Source of the DNA: Balanoglossus misakiensis
Lineage: Eukaryota; Animalia; Hemichordata
Length of the DNA stretch: 64,000 nucleotides
Direction: 5' to 3'
NCBI GenBank assembly: GCA_040954595.2
Contig: CM082577.2
Span: forward strand, 11,193,654 to 11,257,653
The notes beneath the pieces are model-generated. The model was not told where the DNA came from. It saw only the letters and a program-made list of their open reading frames with translations, and did not search any database. Made by a program: the position numbers and the translations under genes. Below are positions 52,301 through 64,000 of this stretch, one piece after another. Position 1 is the stretch's first letter, and the number at the start of each line of letters is the position of its first letter.

Positions 52301-54349
52301 CTCAGACCTCACTTCCCATTTACATCTGTTGTGAGTGAAAACATTAATATCTTAATTCCCCCTCCCCCCCCCCAGATATTCCGTTTTGCTGTTAATCCAC
52401 ATAAACTGAACACGAAGGGATACAGCTTTACCACAGATATATTGACGCTGATATTCAAAGATGAAAATGGTTTCGAAATGACAGGTAGGATGAACCAGAA
52501 CTAGAAGTTATTACAGCACAGTCATTCATGTTCGCACCAATCATCGTTATTTGATCAACATCTCCATGTTTTCCCTGCAAAGCACCTCAAAACAAATTAG
52601 TGATTTGACTTTTTTACGTAGTTCGAAATAACATAATATTATTGAAATTTTATAGGTTGATACCAGTTTGCTTAAACTGTATAAGAAAGTGACTGTTGAG
52701 ATAGGATTATTATGTGTATAGAATAAGCAGAGGACTTGTATCTTAATTAGAATTTTTCAGCAGAAAGATACACAGTGGTTATAGCCTTGTCATATCTCCA
52801 TATGTCAATCAATGTTACCAGCTGTTAGACGAGTTAGCCTTTTCACTCTATAATGGCAACGGGTTAATGTTGTCATTTCAGTGAAAGAATCCACAAAGGA
52901 TATTGGTATATGGCTTGGAAATTACCAAACCCCATTCAATGAAAGTATTGTAAGAGGAAAGTACATTGAAGCCGAAGGAGTGACCCACTATGAGTTGGAA
53001 GTAACGGTAGGCTTGAGGGCTCATTAAACAGACAACTATTGTCTGCGTATACCGGCGTTTGCATTTTCACGTTTTTTATGTTTTTAGGTAATTAGGCTGT
53101 CAGGAGAATATAATTATTTAATGATCGGTTGATTAATAAATATTACATAAAGACTGACTGATTCACATTAACATTTACTTGCAGGCACTGATTATGAGCA
53201 ACGCTCTCCAGATCACGTTGGAAGCATCAGCCCCTATCCATGAGACCACCATAGCAATTGTATCATCTGAAAGACCTGGCGATCCTATCAAGCATGGCGG
53301 TTTCCAGTTGATCATTGAACTGGTATTCGACGGCCGTTTTGCATCCATATTTTTGCCGGAAAATAAGATAACACGAACAGGGTTTTACTACGTGACCTTT
53401 GACCTTAATGGTAAGTGGCAGAAAAGGACATGTAAATTTAACGGTCTGTTTCACTGCGACGTTCCACTTGGTCATTGTTTGTGGAAATATTTCGTTTCAA
53501 GAATTTTTTATTGTCTATGGCAGAGGCATACATGTATATGTCAGTTGGCATAAGGTTGGGGGTTTCTTGTCTGCATGACAACTATATTGATAGTTATCCA
53601 ACACCCATGCGCTGTATACGTATGTTAAAACACAGGCTTCGCCCCCCCCCCCCCTGTGAACCTTGTGTCTATAGGGCTAATTCCAGCTGTTTGGTGTAAC
53701 CATGCATACGTTCATTTTCAATTTTACAGCTTGTGATGTTGACATCAGCGTGACAACAACGCAGCATAAGTGCAGTACTTTCACCGACAGTGGTTGGGAA
53801 AACGTTGGATGCAAGGTATGGCATCGCTTGCTACATGTATGTCTGATTGGTTTGGAGGCCTGGTACATGTACATGTATACTTGGACGTGTCAAAATGTGT
53901 TACACGCATATAGGGTGTAGAGAGGCAGAAACCTTCAGAAATGATGTAATTAGGTGGTCAGTTGTTTATTAATTCTGTGAAATGGTCAAATGGGCCCACT
54001 TGGTGGTTTTGAAACAAAAATGTGCACCGCCACAAACAAATCCACGTTAGTTCATGACTATTGGTACTGGTTCGAAGAAAGGTACAGAGGAGTTATACCA
54101 ATTCCCTCCTCGGGTATGATAAAACCCACGACCCCGATATTCTCATTCCCAACTCCACAATCTTATATCATCAGTGACATATATTCACGAATTATATTAT
54201 TTCAGTAAATGTTTAAATAACCGTTTTCTTTTCTGTGTTCCATTTGTTAGGTATCACCAAAGTCCAACTACAACTCGACTCTGTGTCTCTGCAATCACAT
54301 GTCTACGTTTGCTGCATTGGTTGAAGTCGTTGATCTGGTGGAAATTTAG
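46312..54349 (+). CDS. Secreted C-type lectin + polycystin(PKD1L/REJ)-type GAIN/GPS protein lacking transmembrane segments (~534 aa, 11 exons)
   Basis: Exons 46312-46369, 46877-47192, 49615-49697, 50758-50834, 51205-51295, 51379-51713, 52376-52484, 52882-53006, 53185-53410, 53730-53815, 54251-54349; all GT-AG, 1605 nt in frame. CTLD: EQFCKDFGLRVVKDDSETKHQNI...DGQELTFKPFLEGFPKNQGDCIEM...WLTVPC...IWYFC. PKD1L-like GAIN: FAVNPH..FTTDILTLIFKDENGFEMTVKESTKDIGIWL. GPS: CSTFTDSGWENVGCKVSPKSNYNSTLCLCNHMSTFAALVEVVDLVEI*. Confidence 0.85.
48071..48175. repeat. Near-perfect ~105-bp hairpin within an intronic non-autonomous element (also at 62470-62589)
   Basis: TAACGCGTCGTATTCGAGTGATGTCCGTATTTTG...CAAAATACGGACATCACTCGAATACAACGCGTTA. 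Confidence 0.85.
50160..50460 (+). repeat. Two ~128-bp direct repeats plus a segment homologous to 44290-44403
   Basis: TCAAGCGTC..GAGGTAGATTGTA.TCATC at 50162 and 50290; TATCATATAA.TTCGATC.CTGTA...GAATTTAACACAAT.GTACTATGGTTA is shared with the palindrome spacer. Confidence 0.7.
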
Positions 54350-55425
54350 ACGCAGTCGTTACATCCTACACTTGACCCAAATGTCCACAGCGGGGGATTT
54401 CACTCAAAGTAAAACTCCCAGAATATTTAACCACCAATAATTCCTGGTGTTAGATTTTAGAACTTTCATTGTAAAGCTGTTGGTGTTTTGTTTCGCAATT
54501 TAGTTAGATGGTGCATCATTTTAACAAGAAAGTTTCAGTATTGGAACAAGCAACAAGCTTTGGAGATAGAACAGTTATACACCTTGCATTTTAACAAATT
54601 TAAAAGCAAAGCAAGTGACAGTGGATGATATACTTAATTACCGTCATTAAATTATTTCTTAACAGCTACTTGTGATTGAACAATTGAGTGATTTAGAGGA
54701 ATTTTTTTTCAATTTTTCAAGCTGGATCAACAGCGTTAGCTCATCCCATAATTGGCAATTGCTTACACTGTATATATAATTGAAGTAATGCAACTGATAG
54801 AAGACCTGGGATGTGGACAACAACTTTAAAGTACAATTCTGCCAGATATGTAGAATACACTTCGTGTTACATTCCTATATAGGCCATGTATTTCGCATTT
54901 TCTTATTGTAGAAGATTTTACCCAAGTTACAGTCACAGATTAGTAATTATGCGAGCTCTAAAAAATACATGCACACGCCGGTGGCAGACTCTCTATTTCT
55001 TAACTTCCGGTTTGCGCTGGCTTGGTGGAGACCTTAGAAATAGCGTAAACAAACATACGTTTTTGTTTATTATATCAATCATTAACAACAAACAAACTCT
55101 ATATACACACTACAAGGAGGAAGGGCTCCTTTGTCCAAACACTTACAGAAAATTGAAGGAAACACCTGTGTGAAAAATAGGGACCCTCCCTCAAATCCGC
55201 AAATCACAGGATTGGCGTCTAAACGTCACCAACCTAAAGGTTACACCCACACTATTGCCGGGTAATCTCTGTACCACTTCGAGGTGACGTTCCACATTCA
55301 CACCAAGGTCACGAAGTAACGCAAAAAAAAATTCGCGACTCACCTACACTCTCCTTAAACTTTAACAGTAAGGTACGATCTTTTCTACGGAGGCTTAATG
55401 AGGCCACAGGAGTATTTTTTTTATT

Positions 55426-57248
55426 TCATACCTGAAAATTTTTTTCATGCCTGTAATAAAAAATTCATACCTGTAATAAAAATTTCATTCCTGTAATAAA
55501 ATTTCATGCCTGTAATGAAAATGTCATACCTGTAATAAAATTTTCACACCTGTAATGTTTTTCATGCCTGTAATAAAAATTCATACCTGTATTTTTTTCA
55601 TGCCTGTAATAAAAATTTCATACCTGTAATAAAAATTTCATACCTGTAATAAAAATGTCATACCTGTAATAAAAATTTCATGCCTGTGATAAAAATTTCA
55701 TGCCTGTGATAAAAATTTCATACCTGTAATAAAAATTTCATACCTGTAATAAAAATGTCATACCTGTAATAAAAATGTCATACCTGTAATAAAAATGTCA
55801 TACCTGTAATAAAAATGTCATACCTGTAATAAAAATGTCATACCTGTAATAAAAATGTCATACCTGTAATAAAAATTTCATACCTGTAATAAAAATTTCA
55901 TGCCTGTAATAAAAATTTCATGCCTGTAATAAAAATGTCATACCTGTAATAAAAATGTCATGCCTGTAATAAAAATGTCATACCTGTAATAAAAATTTCA
56001 TACCTGTAATAAAAATGTCATACCTGTAATAAAAATGTCATGCCTGTAATAAAAATGTCATACCTGTAATAAAAATGTCATACCTGTAATAAAAATGTCA
56101 TACCTGTAATAAAAATGTCATACCTGTAATAAAAATGTCATACCTGTAATAAAAATGTCATACCTGTAATAAAAATGTCATACCTGTAATAAAAATGTCA
56201 TACCTGTAATAAAAATGTCATACCTGTAATAAAAATTTCATACCTGTAATAAAAATGTCATACCTGTAATAAAAATTTCATACCTGTAATAAAAATGTCA
56301 TACCTGTAATAAAAATGTCATGCCTGTAATAAAAATGTCATACCTGTAATAAAAATGTCATACCTGTAATAAAAATGTCATGCCTGTAATAAAAATGTCA
56401 TACCTGTAATAAAAATGTCATGCCTGTAATAAAAATGTCATACCTGTAATAAAAATGTCATACCTGTAATAAAAATGTCATGCCTGTGATAAAAATGTCA
56501 TACCTGTAATAAAAATGTCATACCTGTAATAAAAATTTCATACCTGTGATAAAAATGTCATACCTGTAATAAAAATTTCATGCCTGTGATAAAAATTTCA
56601 TACCTGTAATAAAAATGTCATACCTGTAATAAAAATTTCATGCCTGTAATAAAAATTTCATGCCTGTAATAAAAATGTCATGCCTGTAATAAAAATTTCA
56701 TGCCTGTAATAAAAATGTCATGCCTGTAATAAAAATTTCATACCTGTAATAAAAATGTCATGCCTGTAATAAAAATTTCATGCCTGTAATAAAAATGTCA
56801 TGCCTGTAATAAAAATGTCATACCTGTAATAAAAATGTCATACCTGTAATAAAAATGTCATACCTGTAATAAAAATGTCATACCTGTAATAAAAATGTCA
56901 TACCTGTAATAAAAATGTCATACCTGTAATAAAAATGTCATACCTGTAATAAAAATGTCATACCTGTAATAAAAATTTCATACCTGTAATAAAAATGTCA
57001 TACCTGTAATAAAAATTTCATGCCTGTAATAAAAATGTCATGCCTGTAATAAAAATTTCATACCTGTAATAAAAATGTCATGCCTGTAATAAAAATTTCA
57101 TACCTGTAATAAAAATGTCATGCCTGTAATAAAAATGTCATGCCTGTAATAAAAATGTCATGCCTGTAATAAAAATTTCATGCCTGTAATAAAAATTTCA
57201 TTCCTGTAATAAAAATTTCATGCCTGTAATAAAAATGTCATACCTGTA
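55426..57248. repeat. 20-bp minisatellite/satellite array, ~90 copies of TCAT(A/G)CCTGT(A/G)ATAAAAAT(G/T)
   Basis: Exact 20-nt period from 55601 onward; degenerate units at the left edge. Confidence 0.99.
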
Positions 57249-57353
57249 TTTTTTTGAAAAGTACTCCCTGTAGCGAGTGTATACGGTTATACGGACTCCT
57301 GTGTACCTGAAAAGCGTATCTGACTAGACTAGAGGGGCGCAGACAGCTTACAA

Positions 57354-57497
57354 ATGGAAATCCATCAACGAAGGCACACCAATGAAAAGCCCCATGAATG
57401 CACAGTATGCGGAAAATGTTTCTCCCACAGTTGGACCTTAACAACACACATGAGAGTCCACACATGTACTAATGAAAACCCTTATGATTGCAAAAAG
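57354..57497 (+). pseudogene. C2H2 zinc-finger fragment, copy 2
   Basis: Same translation as 43109-43252. Confidence 0.7.
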
Positions 57498-60400
57498 AAT
57501 TTGTTGACCAGAAAATAAGCATTCCCTAGACAGAGTTCTCCAAATCCGTAGCACTGACACATATTTGGAGGCATCCCGCCAGTCAATCTGGTTCACCCCA
57601 ATCACTCAAAGATTTAACTGCAGCAAGGTGGAGTATGCATACTGATGGTGTGGTGAAACTTCAACAAATCACTTACCGCCTTGTCCCACAAACACAAATG
57701 CCAGAACCACAGAAATCTTGATAAGTTCGGCCATCTGCCGTGGCTTAAGATTATTTTCTTCCATTCGATACCCCAACTTCCAGAAGTCCGGTAAGATGCT
57801 GTAGCTATGTATCTGATAAATTTGACTCTGAGAAAGCTGCAAAATCAATTTTCGGTTGCTGGGATCAGGGACTGACACAAACTATTATTGCTATGGCTAT
57901 ATATGTATGCTTCCTAACAATTTTATTTGTCAACTATTACAACTTTAGTTTACGAGCACCCATGACAGTTAGAGAGTCTGGAGATCATGACAGTTCTCTT
58001 GGGAATCATTTTGTTGGTGCATAAAGATTTCTCTGGCTGTGTATGAGAACAATTCTTATTTTCATCCCAGCCTTTCAGCTTGTGCAAAAGAGAACAAAAG
58101 ATTGCATTACCCTTTGATTTACAGCTGAATGAAATACATTGAGGAGATAAATAGATAATGCATATGTTTCCCCCAGACAATACAGAACGGTGTTAAGACT
58201 TCTTTACAGATGTGACTCGCCTATGGCACTTCTACTTTTACTTTGATCGGAATTGTATACTGGATAGTTACTTTATTGACAACGGGGCAAGTATTTTATA
58301 CAGTTTCAGCAATATGATCAGATACACGAGTTCGAGTTACCCGAATCTAACTCAAAAACATAAGTCCGTGGAAATCATTGGACACATCAAGGAAATGAAA
58401 CTATTTAGAGGTTATAAACAGCAAGCGAGTGTGTTTTGTTGCGGATGCAAGACCTCTCAGGTGGAAATTTGCATATTTGGAGAGAAATACTCACCGAGTG
58501 AAGCCAAGCGCACCATTTATAACTTCATTATAATAAGTCTTGTAGTGAATTTATCAAGATACAATTTTTTCATTGTGAAGTGTATTATTTATCATATAAA
58601 TTCGATCTCTGTAGCGCCATCGGAATTTAACACAATTGTACTATGGTTAGGAATCGTCCATATATAGCCATAGCGATAATATTTTGTGTCAGTCGCTGAT
58701 CCCAGACTCTGAGAAAGTTATTAATAAAGTAACTTTGCAGTATACAATTGCGATCAAAATAACAGCGTCAAGGACACTGTGGTCCCATTGAGGATTACAC
58801 AGGAAAGGGATACACCAGAATAAAAATTAAAGGTGACATTGCAAGCAGATATGATCTAATCATATAGAAATATGGAATGTAAAAAAAATTAACAAGGAAC
58901 ATGTCCAATAAACTGCCATGCAGTCTTACAAGTAGTGCTAGAAAAATTATTGACCAAAAATTGTCTGTACAAACACATATGACAAGCAACTTCTTTCAGT
59001 CAGCCCTGGAACAGACAGACAGACACACCCACACACACACAGAAATAGCTGGTGGTCTCTGTAACAGCTGGCCTATTAAAGTTATGTAAACATGTTTAAG
59101 TTGGGGGTAAGGACTACTTGTAAACTGAAAATTTCAAAACAACTGGACAATTGGTTTAGGAGATTTGCTAACCAAAAACAAAGAAACTTACAAAAAACTT
59201 GCTAAATTATTGAATATTTCTGATATCAGAATTGAATAAAAGTTGCAAATGTATGTGTTATGAAATTGTATCCTAAATTTCAAAGCAATCAAAGAAAAAA
59301 ACAAATTTCAAAGCAGTTTTACAGAAAATATTTTTTTTTAAATTGGCAAAAATACAAATATGCAAATATCACCAACGTTGTACAATATCTTACTTCAATC
59401 ACTAAAAGGAACATGCCTGCCAAAGTTCAATGCAATGTGACATGTGGTTACAGAGAAAACAACTTTTGACAAAAATTGCAAAAATTTCCCCAATAACACA
59501 GTTATGCAAAATATCAGAATTTTTTTTAACAACATCTTACTTGGGTTACCCCTAGGAACATGCCTACCACATTGCAAAGCAACCTGGCATTATAAATATG
59601 CAAATTCTGCAGCAATTTAAACAAAACTTTGGTAACTCAGATCACCTATATGAAGCTCCATACTAAATTTCAAAGAAGTCGGCTGATCAATTCCAGAAAA
59701 GCAGATTTTTTTACCAAAAATGTGGAAAACAAAACAAAATGCATAAAAAATAGAAAATTTACACTATTAGCTCAAAACATAGAGAACTGTGTGAGGTTAA
59801 TATAAGGTACATGCATACCAATTTTCAAATCAATATGACCAAGGGTTGTTGAGTTTCTGAGTTTTGACCAAATTCAAGTTTTTCCCAGCTAATTTGCATA
59901 TTTTTGGCAATGACAACTTCGTTTGAACAAACTCCCATCTACAGCCCAGCATGCTTCTACACACCAGATATGGGGTTACACGCACAGCGGTTTTCAAGCT
60001 TTTGATGTGGACAGACATACAGACATACATCCATCCATACATACAGACGCAACTGATTCCATAAGGTCCAATGGTACATACCAATGGGACCTAATAAAAG
60101 TAGAAGTGCCATAGGCGAGTCACATCTGCAAAGAAGTCTTAACACCGTTCTGTATTGTCTGGGGGAAACATATGCATTATCTATTTATCTCCTCATTCAG
60201 CTGTAAATCAAAGGGTAATGCAATCTTTTCTCTTTCGCACGAGCTGAAAGGCTGGGATGAAAATACGAGTTGTTCTCATATTCAGCCGGAGAAGTCTTTA
60301 TGCACCAGCAAAACGCTTCCCAAGAGAACTGCCATAATCTCTAGAATTTCACGAGGAAACTTATTCACCAGTAAACAGAAGACTCGGTACTCATAAACAA

Positions 60401-60857
60401 AGATTATAATAGTTGACAAATAAAATCGTTAGGAATCGTCCATATATAGCCATAGAGCTAATAGTTTGTGTCAGTCGCTGATCCCAGTAACCGAAGATCG
60501 ATTTTGCAGCTTTCTCAGAGTCAAATTTATCAGATACATAGCTACAACTTAACATCTTACCGGAATTCTGGAAAATGGGGTATCGAATGGAAGAAAATAA
60601 TCTTAAGCCACGGCAGATGGCCGAACTTATCAAGATTTCTGTGGTTCTGGCATTTGTGTTTGTGGGACAAGGCGGTAAGTGATTTGTTGAAGTTTCACCA
60701 CACCATCAGTATGCATACTCCACCTTGCTGCAGTTAAATCTTTGAGTGATTGGGCTGAACCGGATTGACTGGCGGGATGCCTCCAAATATGTGTCAGTGC
60801 TACGGATATGGAGAACTCTGTCTAGGGAATGCTTATTTTCTGGTCAACAAATTCTTT
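57494..60857. repeat. Large inverted repeat, copy 2 (arms 57494-58240 and 60095-60857)
   Basis: As for 43249-46552; the inverted exon 1 at 57734-57677 keeps a GTAAGT donor. Confidence 0.95.
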
Positions 60858-61470
60858 AACGGTACTATTTAACGTATTCAACGTTAGCATTAAACATATT
60901 AGTGTTGAAGGACCGAACTGTAGCAAATGCTATCAGTTAAGGAGTCATTCCTCAGCGAAAAATTCGTTCTCCAATTGCCTTTATTCTATCAGAGCTAAAC
61001 TTTCAAACACTTAATTTCAATTGTTACTCTCGACTGTTAATCTCATTCTCACAATTTGTTTCAATTTAATAAACATCACTCTAATTATTCGCAATTGTGA
61101 AACAAAAAGCTGTCGTGTATAAGAATGAAGTCTGAAGGTTCTTAGACCAAATTTCATACTGATAGAGGAATCATCTTTCAGGTAATTGTCAGGTGGTTGT
61201 TAATGCTGTCCACGAAAGGACGGGCAGATTGATAGAACAGTTCTGTAAAGACTTTGGTCTACGCGTGGTCAAAGATGACAGCGAGACAAAACACCAGAAT
61301 ATAATTCAGACACTTAATGAACAAGGCTTGGAAGACGCAAAACTGATTATTGATGCGCGGTTCGCAGACGACGACAGAAATGTTGTACGAACCAGCGATG
61401 GACAGGAGCTGACGTTCAAGCCCTTCTTGGAAGGTTTCCCGAAGAACTATGGAGACTGTATAGAAATGAG
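60617..61470 (+). CDS. Paralog of the C-type lectin-GAIN gene, exons 1-2 (remainder expected beyond the window)
   Basis: Exons 60617-60674 and 61182-61470, in frame with intact splice sites. Confidence 0.8.
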
Positions 61471-64000
61471 GTAAGTGTAATCAATTGCAATCAATCATGT
61501 AAATCAATTAAATGTTTCAGTAGTTACCCGTCCTCACCCTGGCAGTCTACAAGCGATGACATCATTCAACTTTACCGCGTGTGTTGTTCGATATTAAGTG
61601 CACTGTACACTGTATAAGTTTTCTGCAAGGGTTTTCTGTATATGTTGTCCAGAGCAAAATTGATCTACACTTTACAGTCATTTTTACACTGTTTACAATT
61701 TTGATTTTTGTAGTCTATTTCACCAAGGCCGGTGGAGGGACAGAGATTGTAATGGTAACAATTACTATCCGATATGTGAAACTTCAAGTAAGTTGAGGTG
61801 TACTTGTATAAACTTTCATTTTTGATGACAGATGTGAATAAATGACACCTGGATTCAGGCCAGAAAAGTATTTGGAGAAATATAAATTTCTGTCGGAAGA
61901 ATCGCGTTCACTATAATTCTGAATACCCTTCCGTGTTACGTGAATGTAGTTTTCCCTTTTGTTACTGTTGTTTTTCGATTATATTCTCAGTGGAAACATG
62001 CCAGACATATGTGTATGAGAATTAATTGTCAGCGAAATGCAAAATCATCATTACATGAAAAAAATACACTAAGTCTTGTATTTCAGCGATTAAGGTCAGA
62101 AAAGTATTTGAAGAAATATAAATTACTGTTGGAAGCTTAGCTTTCACTATAAAATGTAGACTAGCCCACTAGTCGCTTGGCGATTTTTAAATCTCAATAC
62201 TTTTTGTGTTTTCGGTGGTTTTTTTGTCTTAATAAATAATTGCAATACTTTTTGCGTGCATGCTTGCCTTGAGCGTGTTTTTGGTAATGAGGTGAGTTTC
62301 GAATTTGGGACTGAGCTTGTGGTTTCGGGTAGCATCGACCTACGCGTTCCCTACACATAATGAAGCCCATAGACTTGGAGCAAGTCTATATAAAATGCTT
62401 AAATAACAAAATATTGATTACCCTCCCGTGTTACGCGAGTGTAGACTTTTAGGGGCTATTACACAAATGTTGGTCGTTAACGCGTCGTATTCGAGTGATG
62501 TCCGTATTTTGACGAGTTGCGAAGCAACAAGTCAGTTCGCAACTCATCAAAATACGGACATCACTCGAATACAACGCGTTATCGACCAAAATTCGAGTGA
62601 TAACCCCTTTATCATACATGCCTACCTATAAAACAGTACGATTTGCGAAAAGGCGCCAAGAAAAACAATTTCATTTCACGGCCGGAAATTTGAACCGGGC
62701 GCCCTCGGATCATGGCAGTAGCCCATAGCCAAGTGAGACAGAGCGATGCGAACAGGTGATCAACGTGTAGGCCGTAGTATTATTCTAAGGGGGTTGGCAG
62801 CTTTCATTACGATTGGCGCGCACATCCGCATTCTAAATAAAATTGTCTACATTCTCTTTCAAAATATCATGTTAACAATTATTTCGCATTGAGAATTCTG
62901 AAGAAGTAAAAATGATACATTTAACATGACAAAACTGCCAACTTTGAAATCTTTATTACAGCTTCTAATAACCGAATTTTACCACACCCCTCTTCACTAG
63001 AGTCCTATGCCCCGTACGTCGCTCGCGCGTGCACTGAACTGTCGCGCCGATCACTGAGTCAACGCTGTGTGATGATTTCAGTGCGTTCTCAAAAATAGTT
63101 CGAGAATATCTTCCCTGCGAGAACAATAGAAAGTGCCAAATACAGGCGTTGCAACAACAAAAAAAGAGTTTTGTTTAGCGTCCTCGCGCGCGTCACTTTT
63201 AAACATGCGCGTCGAGGCTTTTTTTTCGTAATTTTCGAACCCGGAAATCAACTCAGTGTTTTCTCCAGGAGGCGCGATCGCGCGATTTCCCCTCTTTTAC
63301 ACTTGAAGCGCCCCTTGTAACAAGTTCAGGGGGCGACAATCGCCCCTTCTTGAGCAGCCCACCCGGTCGATCCCATAATGCAGTGCTCTGTCCTAACAAC
63401 AGAGAAGATGGCGGCGATTATAATCTGTGTCGGAGATCGGGAAAAGACACTAGCTTGGGTGAAAAGGAGGGACAAAACCATAATCTACTTATACGGTGCG
63501 CATGAAATATGGAAGGAAGCGTAGGCAGTCCACTATTTGAATGCATCGAACGGAAAATTTGCTGGGAAGTTACGCGCATGCGCTTGAGACGAGCTACCCG
63601 CTTTAATTTTGTTAATACTTGCATGCAAGGGGAAAATTTCAATGAGTTTTAACACAGTTTTACCATTTTATTGTAATTGGTTTTTTTCGATTATAAAATT
63701 CAATACATTTGTGCATAAAATTTTCTGCGAAATGCAAAATCATCATTACATGGAAAAATCAACTTGTATTTCAGCAACATCCGAGCTTATATCCTTTAGA
63801 AAGGCAGACAAAGTGGGCGCACATCAGCTGTGTAACAGTATCGGCTTTTATTTAGTGTCCATCATAAACGAATGGGATGATAAAAAGCTATTTTATCACT
63901 GTAGTCCCAATTGTGGACGGGGTATGAGATTTTTAACGTGGATAGATGCACACATCGCGGCTGACAATACAGTGAAGACAAGCAGTGGTTTGGTGTTGGA

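Larger units (their letters stand above)
57255..64000 (+). repeat. Segmental tandem duplication, copy 2 (runs off window)
   Basis: Matches 43006-49120, with extra segments at ~62341-62476 and 63090-63563. Confidence 0.97.

Noticed and set aside
55426-57248. CRISPR-like array
   Set aside because: Units are contiguous with no unique spacers, there are no cas genes, and the context is eukaryotic

Overview
Eukaryotic, intron-rich, AT-rich animal genomic DNA; gene content and repeats suggest a marine invertebrate, but the species cannot be fixed from the sequence. Manual splicing gives four genes. (1) A minus-strand secreted protein with an N-terminal vitellogenin/large-lipid-transfer-like region: 18 exons, ~946 codons in view, running off the left edge, with an antisense tRNA-Asp(GTC) in one intron. 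(2) Head-to-head with it, a complete 54-exon plus-strand gene for a ~3340-aa secreted protein: Cys-rich/EGF N-terminus, many FN3/Ig-like repeats, one carbohydrate-binding-like module, two GC-AG introns. (3) An 11-exon, ~534-aa gene encoding signal peptide + C-type lectin domain + polycystin-type GAIN/GPS that stops 15 residues after the GPS cleavage site, with no transmembrane segment. (4) The start of a recent tandem duplicate of gene 3, whose lectin exon differs only by amino-acid-changing substitutions. Each duplicate unit carries a 3.3-kb palindrome that duplicates the TATA/Inr promoter and signal-peptide exon in inverted orientation, and a ~90-copy 20-bp satellite sits at the duplication junction. 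MITEs, microsatellites and a C2H2 zinc-finger fragment are also present. All domain calls are by-eye motif recognition; no searches were run.
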